Origin: a candidate division WWE3 bacterium
GTDB taxonomy: Bacteria; Patescibacteriota; 4484-211; GCA-002791395
Reading direction: 5' to 3'
Assembly (NCBI GenBank): GCA_013335095.1
Contig: JAAXWF010000001.1
Coordinates: 292,268 to 356,267 of the forward strand
Length of the DNA: 64,000 bases
Shown here: positions 60,441 to 64,000 of the stretch, piece after piece
Layout: the number at the start of each line of letters is the position of its first letter
How positions within the stretch are numbered: position 1 is the first letter of the stretch
The notes under the pieces: model-generated
The model's database searches: none
Seen by the model: the letters and a program-made list of their open reading frames with translations, nothing else
What the model was told of the DNA's origin: nothing
Position numbers and translations under genes: made by a program

Positions 60441-62057
60441 TCACAGTTGAAACAACCGTAAGCCCCGCAGGAACTCGGCCAGCCACGGAGGTATCTTACC
60501 CCCTCGCGCAGCTGAGTACCAGTACCCGACGAGCCAGACGGTAATCTGGATGAAGGTGAGGATTGGAAACACCATTGCTTTGATGGTCCCGGCCTTTAGG
60601 GCGTTATACACCCCGAGTGTGCCGAATCCACCGAGCGCAAGTGCTCCAACCATCGCAAGACCAAACAGCCATCCAAAATATGCGATGGCGCTCACCGCGA
60701 AAACGACAGCCCCGAGGATTACTCCTGTGGAGACCACCGCCATCCGGTGCCGATTTTTCGCAAACCGGTTGTTCGGGCGAGCGATTAGGAACTGCCGAGC
60801 GGCCATACCTGTTACCAGATGCTTTGCCAGCCGAAGCTTAACCTCATGCATCCGGTGGTTGTACCACTCGTTGGTTGTCCTAATCGTGACCCCTGCGTTC
60901 ACGATCGTTGAGCTTAGCGCAAAGTCCTCCCACCCCGAAAATCCCTGAGTGGGGAAGTCACCTTCGATGGTGACAAATACCTCGCGCGTAAACGCCAAGC
61001 ATGCCGTTACCGGCAGACCAGTTCCTTTACCAAAGTTGGCTTTGGTTAGGATGGTCGCGTTAAACCTGACGTTCTCCGACAGTAGGGCTTCGTCCGACAT
61101 TAGGGCGAGCAGGCGTTTGTCGCCAGGCATACGAGTTGTTACGCCCGCAATAGCGACCTCGCCTTGCCCCCCAAGCTCGCTAGGAGCCATCAGTCGAACG
61201 ATCTTTTCGCACCAATCCTCCGGTACAAGGATCTTCGCATCAGTTAGGGCGAGGATGTCGCCTGTTGCTGCTGCGAGTCCCGCTTTACGCCGGGCATTGG
61301 TGTCTCGACCCACCAGATTTGATGGTCTGGTGAACGGCACAATCCGAACCTTCCCTGAAACAATGTAGTTGTTCAGAAGTGGGATGGTCGGGTCGGCCAG
61401 TTCGGTGACAATGATAATCTCGTGCACCGGGTAGGTCTGGTTTAGCAGCGCATCTACGCAAGCGTGTATGCGCGTCCTTTCAGTACCATCCGGGAACGTG
61501 ATCATCGCCGGCTCGTTTCGGGCCGGGATTATCACCGAGACTTTAATCCCAGGTGGCGCCTCTCCAGTGATATCGGGCTGGCGCGGGGCCGCCTCCTTGC
61601 GGAAGACAAACCGATCCATTCCCAGATATCGCAGAGAAGTGATTATCACCTGGACTGCGGCTACTGCAACCCACCACGGTTGTCCGAGGTTTAGGATCAG
61701 GTTGTATATCACCTGACCAAGCGGTACGGTGAAGGCCGGTATTAGGTGATACCGCCTCCAGTGTGCCCAAAATTGCTGACTGAATGTGCGGCTTAGCCAA
61801 TCCTTTAGGCGACTCCATCGCGGAGCCGTTTTGGGGAAGCGAGCCGGGACCCATTCGGTTCGGTCTTTCCAGGTCACCCACCGATTTATGGCGAAGTTGA
61901 TCTCGACACTTAGGATCGAGACTACTAAATTCGCCAACCGTGGATTAACCCGGATCCATTCGATCAATACGTAGAGAAGTGCTAATCCAAAGACGAGCAC
62001 CCCTACGCCCACTAGTCCAAATCCGGCGATACGCCGTCCGGCATTTTGGTCCGACAA
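60441..62057 (-). CDS. GtrA flippase-like domain fused to GT2 glycosyltransferase
   Basis: NFAINRWVTW, RFVF; VSVIIPARNE, LTDA, WEDF; TTG start after AAGGAGGT. Confidence 0.8.
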   Translation of the reverse strand: MSDQNAGRRIAGFGLVGVGVLVFGLALLYVLIEWIRVNPRLANLVVSILSVEINFAINRWVTWKDRTEWVPARFPKTAPRWSRLKDWLSRTFSQQFWAHWRRYHLIPAFTVPLGQVIYNLILNLGQPWWVAVAAVQVIITSLRYLGMDRFVFRKEAAPRQPDITGEAPPGIKVSVIIPARNEPAMITFPDGTERTRIHACVDALLNQTYPVHEIIIVTELADPTIPLLNNYIVSGKVRIVPFTRPSNLVGRDTNARRKAGLAAATGDILALTDAKILVPEDWCEKIVRLMAPSELGGQGEVAIAGVTTRMPGDKRLLALMSDEALLSENVRFNATILTKANFGKGTGLPVTACLAFTREVFVTIEGDFPTQGFSGWEDFALSSTIVNAGVTIRTTNEWYNHRMHEVKLRLAKHLVTGMAARQFLIARPNNRFAKNRHRMAVVSTGVILGAVVFAVSAIAYFGWLFGLAMVGALALGGFGTLGVYNALKAGTIKAMVFPILTFIQITVWLVGYWYSAARGGKIPPWLAEFLRGLRLFQL

Positions 62058-62195
62058 CGGAACCTCCTTTACTATTCGGATTCCTTGTCGAATGCGTCTA
62101 TGCACGCTCCTTTTTATCAATGTGCCTACATATACAGTATGTAGGGCAGCGTGCTGTTATTATACCCTATAATATTGTGATTATCTATGGATTTT

Positions 62196-62840
62196 CTAAT
62201 TTATTAGGCAAGGAGATACCTCAAGTAATTCTGCTGTTACGATTCTTCTATTTATCGGTAATCCAGGAGGATCACATGTTTGGAGTGTTAATGTTGGCAA
62301 CGATTGATCTTGTTGTAGGGGAGTTAGATCAAATGATTTAACGACGCTATTTTCGCTCACCTGATAATGGTATGTGTTTTCTTTATAGCGGATATAAATG
62401 TCATCACCGAGTTCTAGTTTATGTAGTAGGGTGAAGTATGCCGAGTAGTGTTGTATTTCAAAAATATTTTGAGTGGAGTGAGCAAATAAATAGGTATTTC
62501 CGGGTTCCTCCGATGGGAGATTACTGCCTTTTGCTTGGGCTATGCCTTCTTTTAACGCGTCGAAATATTCCTTTTCATTAGAAACAGATACGTCAGTCTT
62601 TATTGGGGCTACGATTCCAATTTTAGGAATTAATAAGTCGTAGTTACCGTTAGATTGAAGGCATTGATCAATTTCTTCATTGATCGCATGAGATTGTGTT
62701 TTTTGATAAACCGTATAGGTTATTTCTGCTTTCAGTAAAGGGTATGCAGCAGCTATAGTATACAAAAAGCCGACAACCATTAGCAGTCTGGGTAATTGTC
62801 TGATTGTGTATGCTAGAAATCCTTTAGTATCGACTTTCAA
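62196..62840 (-). CDS. Sortase (paralog of 46153-47091)
   Basis: GNTYLFAHS, LTLQTCDPPG..RR. Confidence 0.85.
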   Translation of the reverse strand: MKVDTKGFLAYTIRQLPRLLMVVGFLYTIAAAYPLLKAEITYTVYQKTQSHAINEEIDQCLQSNGNYDLLIPKIGIVAPIKTDVSVSNEKEYFDALKEGIAQAKGSNLPSEEPGNTYLFAHSTQNIFEIQHYSAYFTLLHKLELGDDIYIRYKENTYHYQVSENSVVKSFDLTPLQQDQSLPTLTLQTCDPPGLPINRRIVTAELLEVSPCLIN

Positions 62841-62847
62841 CGGGAAT

Positions 62848-63723
62848 TTATAGTTCTTCTAGGCTCAGGCTTCGATCGCCATTCATATCGAGGTGTTCAA
62901 GGTATTTTTCTGTAGTGGCTAATCTCTTATGGCCTGCCATTTTTGAAATTGTTACCAAGCTAGTACCTTGTTTTATATGATGAGCGATCCATGTGTGACG
63001 TAAGTCGTTGACTTTAGCATGCTCAATACCAGCTTTTTCATAATAACGGTCAATGCTTGCGCGTATATTACGAACTAAGAGTGATTTACCAGTTCGAGTA
63101 ACAAAGAGGTGCTCATCTTCGGTCTGTGGTCGTTCTTTTAGATAATCTTGAATAGCCTGTGTTGCGGCTTTATTCAACGGTATTTTTCGACCTAGAGTTG
63201 TTCGAGATTCAGGAATATTTAATGTACCGGTACCAGTTTGATCATCTACTTCAAGATCTTGTGTCTTAATTCGTGCTAATTCGCCGATTCGAATACCGGA
63301 TTGGAGTAATAACTCGATGATCGCATATGTTCTTCGATCATCGCGGGCAGCATCTCTGAGGGCTCGATACTCGGTTTTTGTGAGTATACGAGGTGGAGGT
63401 GTTTCAAATTTAGGATGAGGAATAACAACTGATGGATCTTCGACAACCAGTTCATTTAGTTTCAAAAATCTAAAAAACGTTTTGATTGAGTTAATTTTAC
63501 GAGAGATGCTTTTTTTCGTATAGTTTTCGTCATCTAAGCTAGATAAAAACGATTTTATATCGTCTGTCTGGATGTGGTGGACATGTGATTTCTCACTTGT
63601 TTTATTTATATGATGTAGTAACTGCTCAATGTCTTTTCCGTAAGCAAGAATGGTTGATTCTGCACGATCTTTATTCGAGAGAAATGAGACGAACTGGGCA
63701 TGAGCTTCCTCAAATTTTATCAT
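62848..63723 (-). CDS. XerC/XerD-type tyrosine recombinase
   Basis: SGIRIGEL, NDLRHT, AGHKRLATTEKY; SAM-like N-terminal domain. Confidence 0.9.
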   Translation of the reverse strand: MIKFEEAHAQFVSFLSNKDRAESTILAYGKDIEQLLHHINKTSEKSHVHHIQTDDIKSFLSSLDDENYTKKSISRKINSIKTFFRFLKLNELVVEDPSVVIPHPKFETPPPRILTKTEYRALRDAARDDRRTYAIIELLLQSGIRIGELARIKTQDLEVDDQTGTGTLNIPESRTTLGRKIPLNKAATQAIQDYLKERPQTEDEHLFVTRTGKSLLVRNIRASIDRYYEKAGIEHAKVNDLRHTWIAHHIKQGTSLVTISKMAGHKRLATTEKYLEHLDMNGDRSLSLEEL

Positions 63724-63839
63724 CAAAAAAGTTTATCACTATAAAATAACGCTGTCAATAGCAAACAATATAGGATAAACAGGCGTAGGTAAAGGCTTCT
63801 TTACTGTATTCGGTTAATGATACCATAGTATATATGTAT

Positions 63840-64000
63840 ATGAAATCTTTTTTTATACAGTGGTTGCCTTATGTTCTATTTGTATTGTTGGCTATCAGTT
63901 TTGTAAAAACGATGGTTGATACATATAAAGCTACTGAGCAAGTCCTCTCATTACGTCAAGATGTTCAAGTATTAGAAGATGAAAACCACGAGCTCACTCT
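63840..64000 (+). CDS. Probable septum formation initiator (FtsB/DivIC), truncated by window end
   Basis: Manual translation MKSFFIQWLPYVLFVLLAISF...LRQDVQVLEDENHELT: TM helix then coiled coil. Confidence 0.55.
   Translation, partial: MKSFFIQWLPYVLFVLLAISFVKTMVDTYKATEQVLSLRQDVQVLEDENHELT

Noticed and set aside
47177-63723. Prophage or island bounded by tRNAs and the tyrosine recombinase
   Set aside because: No structural phage genes or duplicated tRNA 3' end seen; core-like genes are interspersed
1-64000. Alternative genetic code (TGA=Gly)
   Set aside because: Conserved genes are full length in code 11 and rnpA, dnaN, hisS and mutL end at TGA

Overview
Origin-of-replication region of a small-genome bacterium, most likely Patescibacteria/CPR. 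Support: a PrgI-VirB4 locus, sortases, tRNA-Ile(UAU), a short YebC and many leaderless genes; TGA is used as stop. Core content: rnpA, rpmH, recF, dnaN, oriC, dnaA, hisS, purB, sufS, def, ABC-F, mutL, nrnA-like DHH, rnhB, lon, a Xer-type recombinase and three tRNAs. The most striking pattern is two interleaved gene classes. AT-rich housekeeping genes are mostly leaderless (a -10 hexamer about 6-11 nt before ATG). About 20 GC-richer, mostly orphan, monocistronic cassettes instead carry a sigma70 promoter, a strong Shine-Dalgarno (SD) site and a GC-rich terminator. Several cassettes have long, conserved, structured UTRs (17.6-20.6 kb, 29.4 kb, 33.0-33.9 kb), and one structured transcript has an SD but no ORF (48.1 kb). 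That these are RNAs or effectors aimed at a high-GC host is a hypothesis only. Other notable items: a dense TTCCCGCA cluster embedded in recF, a VKOR-dihydroorotate dehydrogenase fusion, two paralog arrays and stand-alone hairpin sRNA candidates. All family calls come from motif recognition by eye; no searches were run.
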